In this document: positions 14,111-29,450 of the stretch, one piece after another | Layout of the letters: each line of letters begins with the position of its first letter | How positions within the stretch are numbered: position 1 is the first letter of the stretch | NCBI RefSeq assembly: GCF_009914755.1 | Contig: NC_060928.1 | Source: the human T2T-CHM13v2.0 reference genome, Homo sapiens | Length of the DNA: 64,000 nt | Strand: one strand, 5' to 3' | The notes under the pieces: generated by a model | What the model saw: only the letters and a program-made list of their open reading frames with translations | Databases searched by the model: none | What the model was told of the DNA's origin: nothing | Program-made: the position numbers and the translations under genes

Positions 14111-15550
14111 ATTGCATGATGCTCCATAGTACTACTGCCTTGTGCTACTCCACGCAAAAGCCCAAGACATGAAAGAAATGTAGGATTTTTAAAAATCTGA
14201 CCCATAATGTTTTATTTTGATCACATGCTAAATTTACAATATTTTGGATGTGTTGGGTTACATGTATTGTTCAAATTAATTTTGCCCATTACTTTATTGT
14301 AGGATTGTAAATACAACAAATAATTAACCACTTAATGAATAGAATTCTCTTTACAGCCAAACAACCCTAATCCTTAGATACCATGCATCCTTTTTCTCAT
14401 TATTACATGGTAATCAATAATGTTTAAAATACAGAATATAATCAAGGAGGGCATTAAAGAATCATGCCTAAGAATGAGAGAGACTGTTTAGGTCTACCAG
14501 TTATGAGCTCTGGTTACTTTAGACAAGATAATTAACCTTTAGCTACCTACGCTCTTACAAGAGTTTGTGGGGATTACATGAAATAATGCATGTGTAAAGT
14601 GCCTGGCTCCTCATGCATATGCAAAAATTCTAGCTATTATTTTTATTATGAAATCAGAAAGGCATACTATGGGAGAAAATAAATAGGCTATGTAGTCAGA
14701 TGTATGTTCAAATTCAGATTATAACACTTCTACATGGGCAAATTATTTTATCATCTGAGTCTCAGCTTCCTCATCCATAAAATATGGTTAATGTGAGGAT
14801 GACATTATGTTAGCAATGTAGCACAATACTTGTCATTCAAACAGTTCCCGTCACCCTATCCTCCCCACAGATTAATCTCGCCTTCAAAATACTTGATACG
14901 GGAAAACTAAAAGTCTTAAAGACTGTAATGTAGGTATTAACATTTACTTATTTTGGATAATATTTATAGTTGTGACCAGTGTAAATCAATATAGACAGCA
15001 AAATAATAAATTTTGCCATATAATTTGGTCAATTAATATTGAGTACTTTTTTTTTTAACAAAATTGTCATCTGTATGGGGTTATGCAACAGAAATGCAGG
15101 GGTGGTAGGTAGGAGGGAGACAAGAACAAGATACAAAATCACTGTTGCCTGGTAATACGGTTATAGAACCACTAAGTTTTTTGCAGACTCAACTTTATTG
15201 CAATTATAAGTAAGGCTGTAATTGGAATCAGAATATCTATTATATTATTTCCTAAACATATTTAGGAGAGTGCAATTATATAACCTTTCACTCAATGGTT
15301 TCCAATATTAGGCATTAAAGGGACCATATTAGCTGCTCAAGTTTCTTGACTTAGGTTGGGGTCATTAAACAAGCAGTCATGCTTGCAACAGTCAAAGAAT
15401 CTAATAAAAGAATATTAACAGGGAAACTAGACAGAGACTTTACAAGCACAACTGCAGAACTTAGGTGTGATTAAAGTTAGGTACTACTAAGATGGAATTA
15501 TTAGCATTAACCACTATCCTTTTCAAAGGCTTAATAATTGAAAGTCCTGA

Positions 15551-15630
15551 ATATATATATGCACACATATGTATTTGTATATATTGTTTTGATACAGAAG
15601 CTTAAGAATATATACATACACACATATATA

Positions 15631-15717
<87 letters not shown>

Positions 15718-15724
15718 ATGTATG
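15551..15724. repeat. Compound (TA)n/(CA)n/(TATG)n microsatellite
   Basis: Directly visible: a CA run followed by a long TA run, with degenerate flanks. Confidence 0.97.
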
Positions 15725-18700
15725 TAAGCTTCTTAAGCAGGTGCAGCAGCTCCTGGAAGCACATGAAAAGCTTACAGAAAGGTTGAGGAAGATCTAAGGC
15801 AGCTTGACTAATGGAATCAGTTCAAGATACCACAGATTCAGTCCTCTCTGTGTTCAGCCTTTTCATCTCTCCAGATGGCAAATTGACTGTGATTGGCTTA
15901 GCATGGGCCATGTGCTTACTTTTAAGTCAAAGAGGGGCATGGTAACTTGATGGAGCAGTCCCCTAAGACTATGGGGGAAGGGGGAGTTCTCCAAAGGAAA
16001 GCAATGGGCTTAATACACACACACACACACACATAAGCTTCTTAAGCTGGATCAAAACAATTCTTGGCTGAATAATTAAGATGTTTGTATTTACTTTGTT
16101 TTTAGTGGTATCTTAGTACAGATAGTTCATTTAATTATAAATGCAGAAGCAATTACTGCAGTGACAAAAGAGGCTTGAAATCCCATGTTCTGCATTGTTA
16201 GAGCAGAACAGTCACTTCAAATGTTCGATTGTGAGCCTGACAGCAGCTGTTCAGAGACGGGTAGGGGGAGAGAGAGAGAGCTCATGAAAAGAAGGAACCA
16301 CTACTCTGGAAACAATAAACTGGGTGCTTCAAAGGTAAAGACTTACAAACCACATTTTCAAATATGGCACTGAAGAAATCAAACACCCTTAAAAGCATGG
16401 AAATTAAAATGGAAACTATTTAGCAATACCTCTCAAATTTCTAGATCATGACAACAGTAGCCAGAGGAAAAATGGAATTTTCAGTTGCATTAATACACCA
16501 TCCCTGTACCGAGTGTTAATGCAGACTCTGTGCAGTGGACAATCTGCTCTTTCCAGCTCGGCATCTGCTTCTCCTGGAAACAGCCCATTGCTTTCCTTTG
16601 GAGAACCCCTCCCCCAGAGTCTTAGGGGACTGCTCCATCAAGGCTCCATGCTCCTCATTGACTTAAAAGTCAGCACACAGTCCAGGCTAAGCCAGTCAGT
16701 CAATTTGCCATCTGGAGAGATGAAAAGGCTGAACACAGACAGGAATGAATCTGTGGTATTAGTCAAGCTGCCTTAGATCCTCCTCAACCTTTCTCTAAGC
16801 GTTTCATGTGATTCCAGGAGCTACTCCACCCGCTTAAAGGATATGCTCAGCCTATATATTATGGAGTCTTGACAGAATCATTTCAGTCCTCTGTTGGAAG
16901 CCAAGTCCTGTCCCAACACCCATCTAATGTAGGTGGGCAGTGATGCCCTACCCAGACTGGCTAGCCTTCTACAAGAAGCTAAGCCCTGTTCCCTGTACCT
17001 CAACCGCTAGCTGGCTTTTCTGATCGACATGGAATGATGACCTGGAACCACAGTGCAATTTTCCTGCTTAAGAATAAGCAGGCTACCTGGAACCTTCCCC
17101 AACAGGCCCTACTTGCTGGATCAGATCTCTTCTGATGTTAACAGCTGCCCTAAACAAGCTCTGAGTCCAGCACGTTCTGGGACAACTGTGGATTGCAACT
17201 CTAAGGAACTTGCACAATAGCCAAACGGTTTTCCACATCCCTACCTTCTTCTCCATCACCCTCTTGTTCATGCAACTGTGATGCTAGCTCATTACCTCCA
17301 AGTCCATCTGAGTTATAACAAACATTACATACCCTTGATCATGTAAAACATGGTTATCTCCTTCAACAATTGATAGCTTTTCATTATACAAAAGGGTTCA
17401 CTTTTTAAAAGAGTTCTAAAAATGAAGATTAGGAGACATCACTTGTCATATGGAGACTTGCTCAAGGTTAGAGAGTCACTGAGCACCAAAGGCAAGACAA
17501 CATTTGGAAACTGATAAAGTCCAACCCATATCTAAAGCTCTGACACTGATAGATAGATTCATGCATTCATTCAACAATTAAATTTGACCTCACCTCTCCC
17601 TTTAACTCTGTCCTTTGCTGGTCTATTACACCTCAACAGTATTTCCAGTTCAGACATTTCTCTACCCCTTCAGCCTTGTTGGATGCTACTTAAGTGTCAA
17701 AATACTCTCCTTGGCCATTCTTCTTTGAAGGGATACCTACAAAAGTTTTGAATATATTGTCTATGTAAAAGACCATCATACATCTGACACTAATCTTTTG
17801 AGCTATATGCTTAGTTCAATAATAATAAATGCTATGCATGCTTATGTACAGAGGATGGGACAGGCACAAGGGTATGGGTAAGTATCTATTAAGTATGCTA
17901 CTCTAATATGGGGAAGTAACATGAATGACCCTTCAGGAAAGTCCCTTCTGTGCACTAAATGTTTGCTAAATTTTCTATTTCAATATAAGGCATCCAAAAA
18001 TTCCCAGAAATTTATAGTCTTGTCTCTATCCTAATAACCACTAATATATTTTGTCATCAGGACCTGTCATTAGGAGACATGGTAAATGACATGTTTCTTT
18101 AAGTGCCTTTGAGGGAATTGATTTAAAAATAAACAAGTGTAAAACACACCACAGCAGTTATTGTCTAAAAAAGGAAAAAAAGTAATGGCTTAACATTTCT
18201 TGAACTCACGCTAAATTGCGACAAGCCCCTGAAGTAGCACTACAAATTCTAAGTGGTGGATTCTAAAGAGTACTCCTGACATTCAGAAGAAAGGATATCC
18301 TTAAGCAGTATTACAAGGAAATCTATAGTATGCCTAGAGTTGGGCGTCACACATAGTAAACAGTCAATCTTGTTGGCAGCCAGCCTTGGATATTAACCTA
18401 AAATAATAGTCATCTTCGGCATGCTGAATTGCTTGGAAATAATAAAACATTTACTAACGCCATTTCATGCTTAACTGGAAAAGGAACCAGAACAATGAAA
18501 GACAGAAGGAATTTAATGACATCTCCTTGGGAATAACCCACAGATAACTTTATCTGACAGAAGAATTAAATAGTATATTTGCCAACATAGATGTTTAAAA
18601 ATTGACACAGAAGCAGACTGCACCAGAAACGAGGGGTTGCAACCACCAGACATCTACCAAGCATCTCCTAGAAGTCTCAATTAGCTTAAAGCACCACTGA

Positions 18701-19249
18701 CTTGCAGTGGCATTAAGTTCACCTCTAAAAATGCACAGGAAACAAGGCAGACTGACACTACGGACTGGATTCTAATCCAAGCAAAAGTGGTAAAGTAGTA
18801 ATGATACTCTTCAAAAAATAACTGTATCAAAGAGTTTTTGACTGTCAAAGGGGAATACCAGGCCATGTCAGATATGTATTCTGGATTTCAGGAGGGCACA
18901 TTTCAATTTATTATCAAGACCCACAAAGTGCAGAAGCCCCAACAGCTGTCCAAACCCACATGCTGAGTAATTGTGGAAGGCCCTGACAAGGCGGGGAGGT
19001 GGTCAGGGAGGGTTGAAGGAGTTGTATTTAGAGACCACTGCTGCTTCACAGGAAGTACTTGAACAAGCACAAGATTAAAAAAAGATCACAGGAAAGGTTG
19101 AAAATAGATAGGTTCACATGTTCAACAGTGAATATTAACAGATGCACAGACATCTGAGACTGGAGGAAAGGTGTTGTAAAAAACGTTAGAGACCACTCGA
19201 TTTTTCCCCCTTTCATCTGGGACACAAAGAATTGATGAGATGAGCCTGC

Positions 19250-21340
19250 TGCCTAGAATAGATGATACAATGTTGTTAACAGATAATAAAAGGCAGAACT
19301 TCTCAGCTCCAACATCTACTTTGCTTCAATCGTCTATCAAGGATAATCATCTTAAGACTGGAAAGGTTAGAATGAACATTAGTTCGAAGAACTAAAGCAA
19401 AAGACAAGGTAGGGGATTATTTTAAGAGGGAAAAAAAGAAAAATCAGCACCTAACTGCTCTAAATGAATTCCTAGCCTATAGTAAATACATATATGTATG
19501 TGTAGGTATATATAATTATTTTCTAACCTACAGAACTGTGAGAACCTGCAAAATAGTTAAGTGAACTGTTACTAATCAGAGAAGAACTATGGTGAATGAG
19601 AGAGGAACTAAAAGATGAAGACAATTTAGTCATCGTTCAGTATGCATGGGGGATTGGTTCCAAGACCCCTTACCAAATCTGCAGATGCTCAATTATCTTA
19701 TATAAAGTGATGTAGTATTTCAAATAACCTACACACATCCTCTTGTATATTTTAAATCATCTCTCGATTACTTATAATACCTAACACAATGCCTACACGT
19801 CATTTGCATGGATTCAACATAGTACTTGGTGTGTGGCAAATTGAAGTTTTGCTTTTTGAAACTCTATGGAATTTTTTCTGAATACTTTTGATCCATGATT
19901 GGCTGAATCCATGGACGTGAAACTCAGGGATAAGGAGGGCCACCTGCACTCTCCCAGTGTTCTAAAAAGAAGATGGATCATAAAGATCATAAACCACTGT
20001 TTTTTAAAATGGGAGTCTACAGATGTGCTTTCAAAGTTCACAGATTTACAAAATGAGATCCACTGCTTCTAAAGGATTTTTGGGAAAGATCTGAAAATTC
20101 AGAAGTTAAAAGAACATTTCTGAGAATTCAGTTAAACATGGAACTGAGCTTAATTATTTTGAAAGCAGTGTTTCTCATACAAAGAATATATTCTCAAAGA
20201 CCAAAAAGAAATGTTTCCTCTAAAAAAGGTCCTTTACATTAGATAAGTCTGAATAATAATGCTATTGGCCAATGAGTTTGAGGCCAATGCTAGTCAAACA
20301 TTAAGTGCAGCTGATTAACAGACTGCTTAAAAGGGAGGTGGTGACTGGTGGGGATCAGTAAGCCTCCACTGACTAAATCCCTTTTCTTTCTTTTCAAAAA
20401 TAGAACCCTCAGCATCTGGATTTCAAGAAGGCTTTTGTGTAGGCCCTATTGTTATAAATGAAGACACACGATTCCATGATTATGAAACAATGTGGATTCA
20501 CAACTATGTAGCTGACAAACATACATGGAGGGGTCTCACATACTAAAGCTATTCTTTGGCCATCCCTGCCTGTGAGCCCTTCTGAAAGAGCCTCCCCTGG
20601 GTCACCCTTGGACTCGGTCTCTCCTTCCATCTCCTGGCCTGGCCTAGTACCTGAGCCCTAGGTGTCAGGGTCAACATGGAGCACCTGACCAGCCAGGCCA
20701 GTCAGATCCCTTTTAGAGAATGTGGATTTGTGGTCAGTCAACTCAGCACCAAGTAAGGAACATCACGGACAGGTGGGCTGGAGGGAGCATCATGGCACTC
20801 TGAAGCCACATGCATGCCAAAGTTAGGAAGTGAAGGAGCAGACGTACAGAGACTTCCCCCTCACCAGAAAAAAAAAAAAAAAAAAGAACAATGAACCTCT
20901 GCTGTGATACAAGAGGATCCCTTACAGTAAATGCCTAACTTGGTAAGGGCTCTGGGTGCAGACTGCCTGGGTTCCAATGACAGGATAAGGACACATGACA
21001 CGATTAATCAATGTACAGATGACATGAAAAAAATCAGAATTCTAGAAGATTTTGAAAGGCTGAATAAGTTGAAGGTTCTATACTAAAGGCCTAAAGAAGC
21101 AACTGTGTAAATACAATATGGGAGACACCTGACCCAGCAAGGCATGTAGAGCATAAATGTTTTTACTGCTTTTATTGCTTTCTTATCAAGAAAAAATCTG
21201 AGGTGTCTGAGAATGGAATGGGCTGTCTTAAAAGGGTGTGTGTGGGTGTGTTCCCTTCACTGTGAGGTATTCAAGCCATATCAGTTACTGTGTTGCATTA
21301 AATGACTTCTAAGTTCCCTTCCAACTCTAGAATCCAAGGA
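19250..21340 (+). mobile_element. Dispersed, very old L3/CR1 (and MIR3-type 3' end) fragments interrupted by MER2 and an MLT LTR
   Basis: 3' end 'gaatggaatgggctgtc...tcactgtgaggtattcaagc...tcccttccaactctagaatc...attctat'. Boundaries uncertain. Confidence 0.4.
19627..19946 (+). mobile_element. MER2/MER2B (TcMar-Tigger non-autonomous DNA transposon)
   Basis: 'gggggattggttccaagaccc...aaatctgcagatgctca...ttggctgaatccatggacgtgaaactcagggataaggagggccacctg' matches the recalled MER2 consensus and TIRs. Confidence 0.85.
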
Positions 21341-24300
21341 TTCTATCCTTTTAAATTTCTTTTTTTTTTTTAAGACAACTATAAGCTTATTGAGAGAACC
21401 ACTGATACAGTGCAGGGTGCAAGTTTTCCGCATTTTGTACATGGAAAAGAGTATTATTAAATTAGTTACTACAAATGCTTGTAGGATAGTTAACCCCATT
21501 GACTTCAGTAGCAGTGTGTTCATAGGAAGATAGAACTGAATTACAGCTCTGAATGAGCTAGGCCTTAAAAAGTACTGGGGAAAAAAATGAATGAACAATG
21601 ATGAAAGTTATCTGAATCATTACAACTTTAACTTTTAGAGCTATTTACACATTTTATAACATACAAACAGGTAGATATATGATTAGTTCCAACAGACTAG
21701 TCCTCGTTTTATTACAAGAAGCAGAAACACCCAAATAACATCATTATGCTGCTACATTAATCTCAGAATGAGTCAGTGGAGTTTAACTGGCACCTGCTTC
21801 TTATCTCCATTGTGACTTTGCAAGAGAGGAAAACAACTCACCTTTGTTTTTTTTTTTAAACAAAGTCTCAATCATCAAAAACATCCAGTGAAGAAACTAA
21901 AGTCTTCCTGCCCATTACAACTTTGGTAGGGACATCAGTATAGCACACACAGCAACATACACTGTCCACAAACAAGACAAGTGTTTTATCCTACAGAAAC
22001 AGACATTACCCAGGATAAGGAAAGTGTGACACTCTCATCTGCCTGTTGATAACACAATGCCACAACCAGGTTTGCCAAATATCCAACAAATCCATTAAAC
22101 AAAGCTAGAAAAAGAGGAAACCCACAAAAGAGCATCCAAGAACTCCAGCACGCCCTAACGAGACTCTGAGAATGGGTGTGGCTCTGGGATGGCTCATCTA
22201 CCACAAGCACTGTGGGCAGTACTGAAGAACCCACTAAGACTGGTCAGATGAGACTGGCTCAAAAAGCCAAGAATCATTTTCACAAAACAAAGTAAGGAAT
22301 GGTCGGCATCCTTCAGTTTGTCAGGATGTAGCTAAAGAAGACGACAGAAACCTCCACTAAACAGATTAAGATAGGATGTGTGAATGACAGCTGGTGGGCT
22401 GCAAAGACTGAAAAGACCCAGCACATTGCTCAGTGACATTAAAGCAATGACACCTACACATGTGTGAGATTGCCGCACGCCCTACTCAATCCACAGGTAG
22501 AACAAAAACGATGCGAGGGTGGATGAAACAAATGCTTCAAGAACCTTCTAATGCCATAAATAAAAATCACTCCATGCAGTAAGTACCTCCTAATGCAACA
22601 TTTTACCTCAAGATGCTACTACTACTAATTAGAATCATGAAATTAGCTCCCTAGACCTGCTGGTATACCGTGACCACTGCCATGCAAGGTGTGATGGGCA
22701 TACAGATGAATATAAGAAAACTCCACGAAGACTTCAAAACCACTCCAGCGTTTTTAAAAGTTCAGTTTCCAAAATCTGAACAGCCTGATCTTATCCCAGT
22801 CACTCACCAGATGCAGATTCAAAAAACATTTGCTTAGCACCTACTTTATAGTAAGTGCTTTCATTTAATATATCCACTCTGGAAAATGTCCCTGCAGTTT
22901 GGAGCACCTCAAGAGCCAAAAGAACGCAGTGATCACGTGAAAGACTGTTCTCATCAACTCTGACTGGGCAGCAAAAAGTCCTGGCAATGTAATTATCGAT
23001 CCCAAACAGAATAAATCCATACAGTTCCCAGATACCTAAAATTCATAGCAATGGGGAACACGTATTACACTAACAGGTGCATTTACTGAAATTCTAAAGA
23101 ATATTCAGAGAAAAGAAGATGAGGGAAACAGAAGATGGAAATTCTGAAATCCAGATTTTAGGATGAATGCAATACTCTAAGAGAATAAAATAAATGTCTA
23201 CAAACATATGTATTTTTGACACATGGGACTTTCTCACTCCTTTCTAAGATGCAAGCTGGTTTTCATTCCTTCATCCCAGTGTTTTCTATTTCGGTAAATG
23301 GCACCACTGTTTTGGGCTCAGGGCCCAAAACTTTAGTCATTTTTGACTCCTTTTTTTAAAATTCCATAACCTAGCCATCAACAAATCTGTTGGATCTATC
23401 TTCTAGTTATATTCTGAATCTTGACCACTCCCCATCATGTCCACTGATGCTTAGTAGTTGAAGCCACTATCATTTCTCCTTGTTTCAACCCTTACCCCCA
23501 AGATGAAATCAGAATCCCTGGGGGTGGGACCAGGGGTCAGTGTGTTGAAAACTCCTTGGGAGATTCCAGTGTGTAGCCAGGCTTGGTCTCCTCACTATCC
23601 AACAGGCAGATGATTCGCTGGTAGGTATTATCACTTTATCAAAGAGAAACAGGAGTCTCACAGAGGTTAAGTGACATGCTCAAGGCCGCACAGCTTTGAA
23701 GGGCCAGAACACACATATCACTCCAGGCCTACAGGAAGTCCCAGTGCCTTGTTTCACTTTCTCGCCAATTATTTATAGGGCATTAGCTTAGGATGTTAAA
23801 GATAGCTTCAAGCGTAGTTATGTCACAAAACAAAAAAGCCCTACTTGCAGGTGGCTACCGTGTCATCTGGTACTGAGCAGACCAAAAACACATGAAACAA
23901 ACAGTAACAATGGTGATTTATTTGCTTCAATGAATTTTTGTTTAAAAGGTCAATTTTAGCTGAACATATGGAAAAATATCTGACCTATAAAGAAATCTAC
24001 TAAGTTCAGACTGAAGGCCTTCGTATTAAGGCTTAGTTAAAATGAAAATATATAGGAGAGTGGTTCACCAACCACAGGGATAAATTCCACCGGGAAATTC
24101 ACTTAATAAGTTCAAGGGGGATTCAATTTGGTACCTGGGGAAATTAAGAGAGTTTTTTCTTTTGCTAATTGTATTCACTTGGAAGTCAACAAAAGGCCAA
24201 CTCATGTAATGATTCTCTTACTGAACGTTAAACGAAGAGACAGAAATCAGTTGCCATCTGGGGTTAAATTGAGCCAACAATTCAGAACTTTCCAACCTCT

Positions 24301-27203
24301 ACAAGATCAAATTCTGGCTTTTGAAAATAATTTCCATCTGCAAAGTACAAATCACATTATCACCTAATAAAAGGAAAGTCTAAATGCAGAGACAAATAAG
24401 GATAGATGAGAACTATAAAATAAACAGCAATCACGAATGCTGGACACAATGCACTTGATCTACAGTACTATGGTGTTTTTCTAATCCCCAGAGCGTCAAG
24501 TGATAATCTTCCCACCCGGCAGTGGCCACCAGCAGCATCCTAAAGCTAGAACCCAGCGCCCATCAGAGCGGCCACCGAGAAACACAATGGCCAAATAAAG
24601 AGTCTCAAATATTGGCCTCATCTCAGCAATTAGGGAAGGCAGGTAAATTGGGAGTTTTCACATTTTGTACGTTAACCTATAAAAGATTATTTCATGTCAT
24701 AATGGGATAAATCAATAAATCTAGACTGACGAAAATATACTCCTTGAAAAAAAAAAAGTTGCCACAGAAATTTCAAAGACTATTACCAAGTCATTATGCT
24801 ATTTTTTTCAGCTGCAAATGACTAAATATTTGGGCTACAAATATAGGCTGAATAAAGCAACTAATTACTACAACATACTAAAAGCAAGCAGGTTACCAAA
24901 AAACTAGTAATGACACTGCAGAAAAGCTCATATTGAACAAGCTCCCAGAGTAGATATAACACCAGCTAAAAATAAACTAAATGTGTTGTACTCTTCACTT
25001 AGTTGTACTGAATTGAATGTTCAATTCAGAATTTTAAAGAAAGTCTTCAAAACCTAATAAATAGTATTAATGTATGACCTTGATCATTTCTGAGAGGGGA
25101 AATTAAGAGGAGTATAATTAGTCCTATTAGCTAACTGGATGATACACAATTTACCAAAAATATTGATTTTCTTTGGTAAATATTTTGGGTAAATTGCTTG
25201 TCTATCACTTGGCTAGCTAATACTCTTGGTTTCTTGGCTCGCAACCTATATAGTTGTATACAATTTATTCCCATCCTCTCTGCCAGCAAGTAAATTCAAG
25301 GTTCTATACCAGTGTTTTCAATACCACTGCACATGAGAATTACCTAGGAGATAAAATATTAATGCTTGGTCCCTATCCCTATAGAACAGACCAACTGATT
25401 CCATCGTTCTGGGATGGGTCTGGGAATCTGTATTGTTTAGAAGCTCCCTATCTAATTCACTATGAAGCCAGGGTTGAGCATCACACGATGTGGCTATAAA
25501 AACAATTTACATTTCACAAGCCTCCCACTGCCCTGTCCACATTGGACACACTTTTCATTAAAGATAGCAGAGACATTCCTCCCCATGTCATTTCTCTAAC
25601 ATTTACCCATGACAATGAAAATAAAGTTAGGAAAGTTGACTGAAGTCCATCTGAGAATATTTATCACAACCATTCTGGCATAGATGGTAGACTGAACCCA
25701 GCTTAACATGTAGAGCAGCCACCAGGATTGGATAAAACTTAGACCCATCTCATTTCTTTGGTCAGAGACAGAACATGGCCTAGGTTAGAGAAAAAAAAAA
25801 AAGTAGAGTGAGACAGACTAGAAGGGAACTGGAAAGGGCCAACTAGTCGCAGCCACTGGGATAACAATACAATGGTGGAGCGACAGATCCAGGACAAATG
25901 GAAATGGGCAACACCTACACTCAGAACCAAAGATCTCCTGCATGGGGCAACGATGTGGGTTCAGGTGAGCTGGCCAAAAGCAACTGTGGGTAAAGTGAAA
26001 GCAAATGATACTCAGAAACCTTGGTAGGCCTGGCGTGGCATCAAAACGGCTCACAAATGCTGAGCACTGGAGTCCAAGCTAGGGTTGGGAACCAGCATCT
26101 TGTCCTGCCAAGAGCAAGGCAGGCCCCCCCATCCTGGAGCTCTATAAGCTGCTGGGACAGGCACTCAGGGTCAGGGAAGTGGTGACAGGGTGTGCATGCC
26201 TCATCTTTAGAGTGCTAAGTCAGAGCTCTTCAAATGTCGACGTTAAAGATTTTTGGGACTAAATCTATGTGGGATTGAGGAAGGGACACGGGAAAAAGAC
26301 GGTCTGTAGAAGCTGGAAGATTTGTTTTATACAACGTTAGCTTTACTTCAGGACCAGAATTAACCACAGGGACCTAGGTCAATTACAGAAGCTGAACTGG
26401 TGTAGGCTGGCATCAGAACAAACCATCTCTTTGACTCAACCCTGCATACCATTGTTTGCTTGTTTCACTCACAAAGGCCAATCTTGTACTCTAAACAGGT
26501 CTGGCCCACTAAAGTGGTGCTCTGGTCCAGAACCCAGGCTGGCTTTGGCCTTCTTAGTGACATTCTGAGCTGTCACTCAACTAATCTGATATTATTAAGC
26601 ACAGCCCTAGATGGATCAAGATCAGTCATCTCTTTTAAAGATAATTCACATAAAATAATGAACAGAGGCTCAATTTAAAACAGACACCTCTCTTTGCCAA
26701 GTCAATTAGAGGTCTAATTAATCCATGAAGCCAAGTTCTATACAGTTGTCCCTTTAGCACAAGTGATGGTGATATTGTACATAAAAGAATACTACTTAAG
26801 AGTTTTATCTACTTCACATCTCATGCTAACATTTAAATAAAAATGAATAGGAAGACATGGCAGAGTGTTTTATTTATCAAATATATTTTATAAGAGATTA
26901 AAAAATTGGAAACAAAACAGGCTACAAAAGATGCCACAATGTACTTACATAAAACCTCTAAATTGCCACAAGGGCCAAGTCAAAGGCAGTATTATCTAAG
27001 CACCCATATAATGTGTGAAGTTTTATACACACGTGACTGCCTTCTGTTGTTAAGAAGGGAGCTGAAGACTTAAACCTCAAGATCTACATATGTATTTCTA
27101 ACAAGCTTACTTTGAGCTATGGGTTTCCATCACAAAATTTTATATTCTGAAAAATTCTAGTAAATCCTAACAAGTAAGCATATGCTAGAGGTATAATTTA
27201 CAA

Positions 27204-27551
27204 CTATGCTGTTCAATACAGTGGCCACTAGTCACATGTAGCTACTGAGCACATGAAATAGTACAAATTGAGATGCACTATAAAATGCCCACCAGATTTA
27301 GAAAACGTAGCACAAAAAATGTAAACTACCACTCATAAATTTTTATAACAAAATATTGAAATAATATTTTGGATATATTGGGCCAAAGACAATTTATATT
27401 TATAATACATATTAGTATTTATATATTAAATACACTATTACTTGTATTATTTAATATTAAATATATAGTATTAAAATTCATTTAACATCTCTTTTTACAT
27501 TTTAAATGTAGCTGCTTGATTGTGGCTCACGTTTTATTTCTTTTAGTGCTG
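27204..27551 (-). mobile_element. MER33 (hAT-Charlie)
   Basis: 'gctgttcaatacagtggccactagtcacatgtagctactgagcac...aatattttggatatattggg...tgtggctcac' matches the reverse complement of the recalled MER33 consensus. Confidence 0.8.
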
Positions 27552-27799
27552 ATCTGAGATATAAATGCTGATTTGTAAGTAGATTCCATGGAACCATTAG
27601 CTAAATCTAGTTGGTCTAAATTTGACCTTATTCCTAGCAAAAAGGAGAAAAAAGAGTAATATCTCAGCTATCATGTCAGGGCCACTACATGAAATAATAA
27701 AAGTGGTAAGTTGGAAGCAGAGTCCACAATACATCAGCAGATAGAAATGAACCATTCTTGCTCAAAAAGTAGTAAAACCAACAGATACCTGGTCAAATC

Positions 27800-29450
27800 T
27801 TATTAATTTAAAACCTCATTTAAAAATACTTTGCTTTAAGACATACAATATAATTTTAAAACCTACAGAGACAAAAATTAACTGAAAAACTGAAATGAAT
27901 TCAGACTGATACCAATATCAAAGTAGCAATAATTGAAGAGGGAAACTAAGCATACATGACTCAATATAAGAAAGATGCCAATTCTCTTAATATAAATTTA
28001 TAAACAATGCAATTCCAATAAATATTCCAACATGTTTTTTAACTTGATTCAATGATGTACTCATAAATTCTAGTAGAAAAATACAACTGTGGGGGAAAGA
28101 AAACCCAGAAAAACCTAGAGAAAAGAGCAAAGCAAATGGGACAGCTAAGAGAATATTTTTTGTTATGTTGCAATAAAGGAATTTGATACCAGGGGCTAAA
28201 AGGGACCAAAATAAAGAGAGGTGGCGGCGGGTGGGGTGGGGGGAAGGGAAAGAGAGACTGACTCCAGAAAAAAACTCAAATATATACATACGGAAGCACC
28301 TCAAATCAGTGTGGGAAGAAAGGATTATTAAATATATGGTTATTATGTCAGGTAAATAATTTGAGGAAAAACTTAGATCCAGGCCTCACATTTCACCACA
28401 AAGTAAATCACACAGGAATTACTAATATAACTGTTTAAAATGAAACCCAAAAGTACTAAAAGAAAAATATAATTGAAAAATTATCTTGAAAAATATGACA
28501 TTAAAGCAGAAATTTAAAAAAAGGAAAGATTATACTTCATAAAAATTAATTTACATACATGTTAAAGCACTACAAAGTTAAGATAAACTATGAATAAGGA
28601 AAAAAGGTATTATCGTTAACATATAAGTTCTTAAACTTCAATACAAAACTTGATAAACAATTCAGAAAAAAATAATCACTACATTTACCAAAATATGTTA
28701 AACCTAATAAAGCAATGTAAACTTAAAGACTTACTTTTTACATTCTATATCCATAAGGAGGAAGAAAAATGCTATACAGTGCTGCAAAAGGGATAAACAG
28801 GCACTCTCATTCACTTTCAGTGGGAGTGTAAACCAGTATAATCTTTCTAGCAATTTTCAAATATGTATCAAAAGTCATAAAAAGATATATACTTTTGACC
28901 CAGAAATCCCATTTCTAGGGACTTTGAACAAAACCATCAGAAAGGTGTACAAAAAGATACAAAGATGCTTATTCAAGAGTTTAAAAAACTGAAATGACCT
29001 AAATGTCCACCCACAGGGTTCTTTAGTAAGTTATTCTGTACTAACATAAAAATGCTAAGCTGTCATAAAATTAATAAAATTGATCTGTTCATTCAACAAA
29101 AATTTACTGAGCTGCTACCAAGTGTCAAGCACTATTCCAGGCACTAAGGATATAACTAGTGACAGTAGACAAAATTTACACAAATCTATATTGGCACAGA
29201 TATCCATAAAATTATTAAAAATAATGCAGATTACCTCATTCTTCCTAACAAATATATCTTTTCTGGAAAATAGTTGGGAAGGACATATACTAAAATTCTA
29301 ACATTGTAAATATATAAATTTATATGAAGTATATAAAAGTTTATAATCACAATGTGATTATATTTGGATGGCATAGTTTGTGATGAATTTTACTCTCTCC
29401 TGCAAGACTTTCTGAAGCATGAGTTTTTCCCAGTAAGCAGGCAGTACTTC
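27800..29450 (+). mobile_element. Highly decayed L1M (L1ME-like) ORF2/3' region
   Basis: A-rich. Motifs 'aatgcaattccaataaatattccaac', 'caggcactctcattc...gtgggagtgtaaac', 'ttttgacccagaaatcccatttctaggg'. Confidence 0.65.

Noticed and set aside
15523-15786. YI/CV/HT-repeat ORFs
   Set aside because: Translations of the TA/CA microsatellite.
24510-24580. CTCF-like motifs in a small CpG-containing patch
   Set aside because: CCACCAGCAGCA fails the core AGRKGGC positions, so it is compatible with chance.
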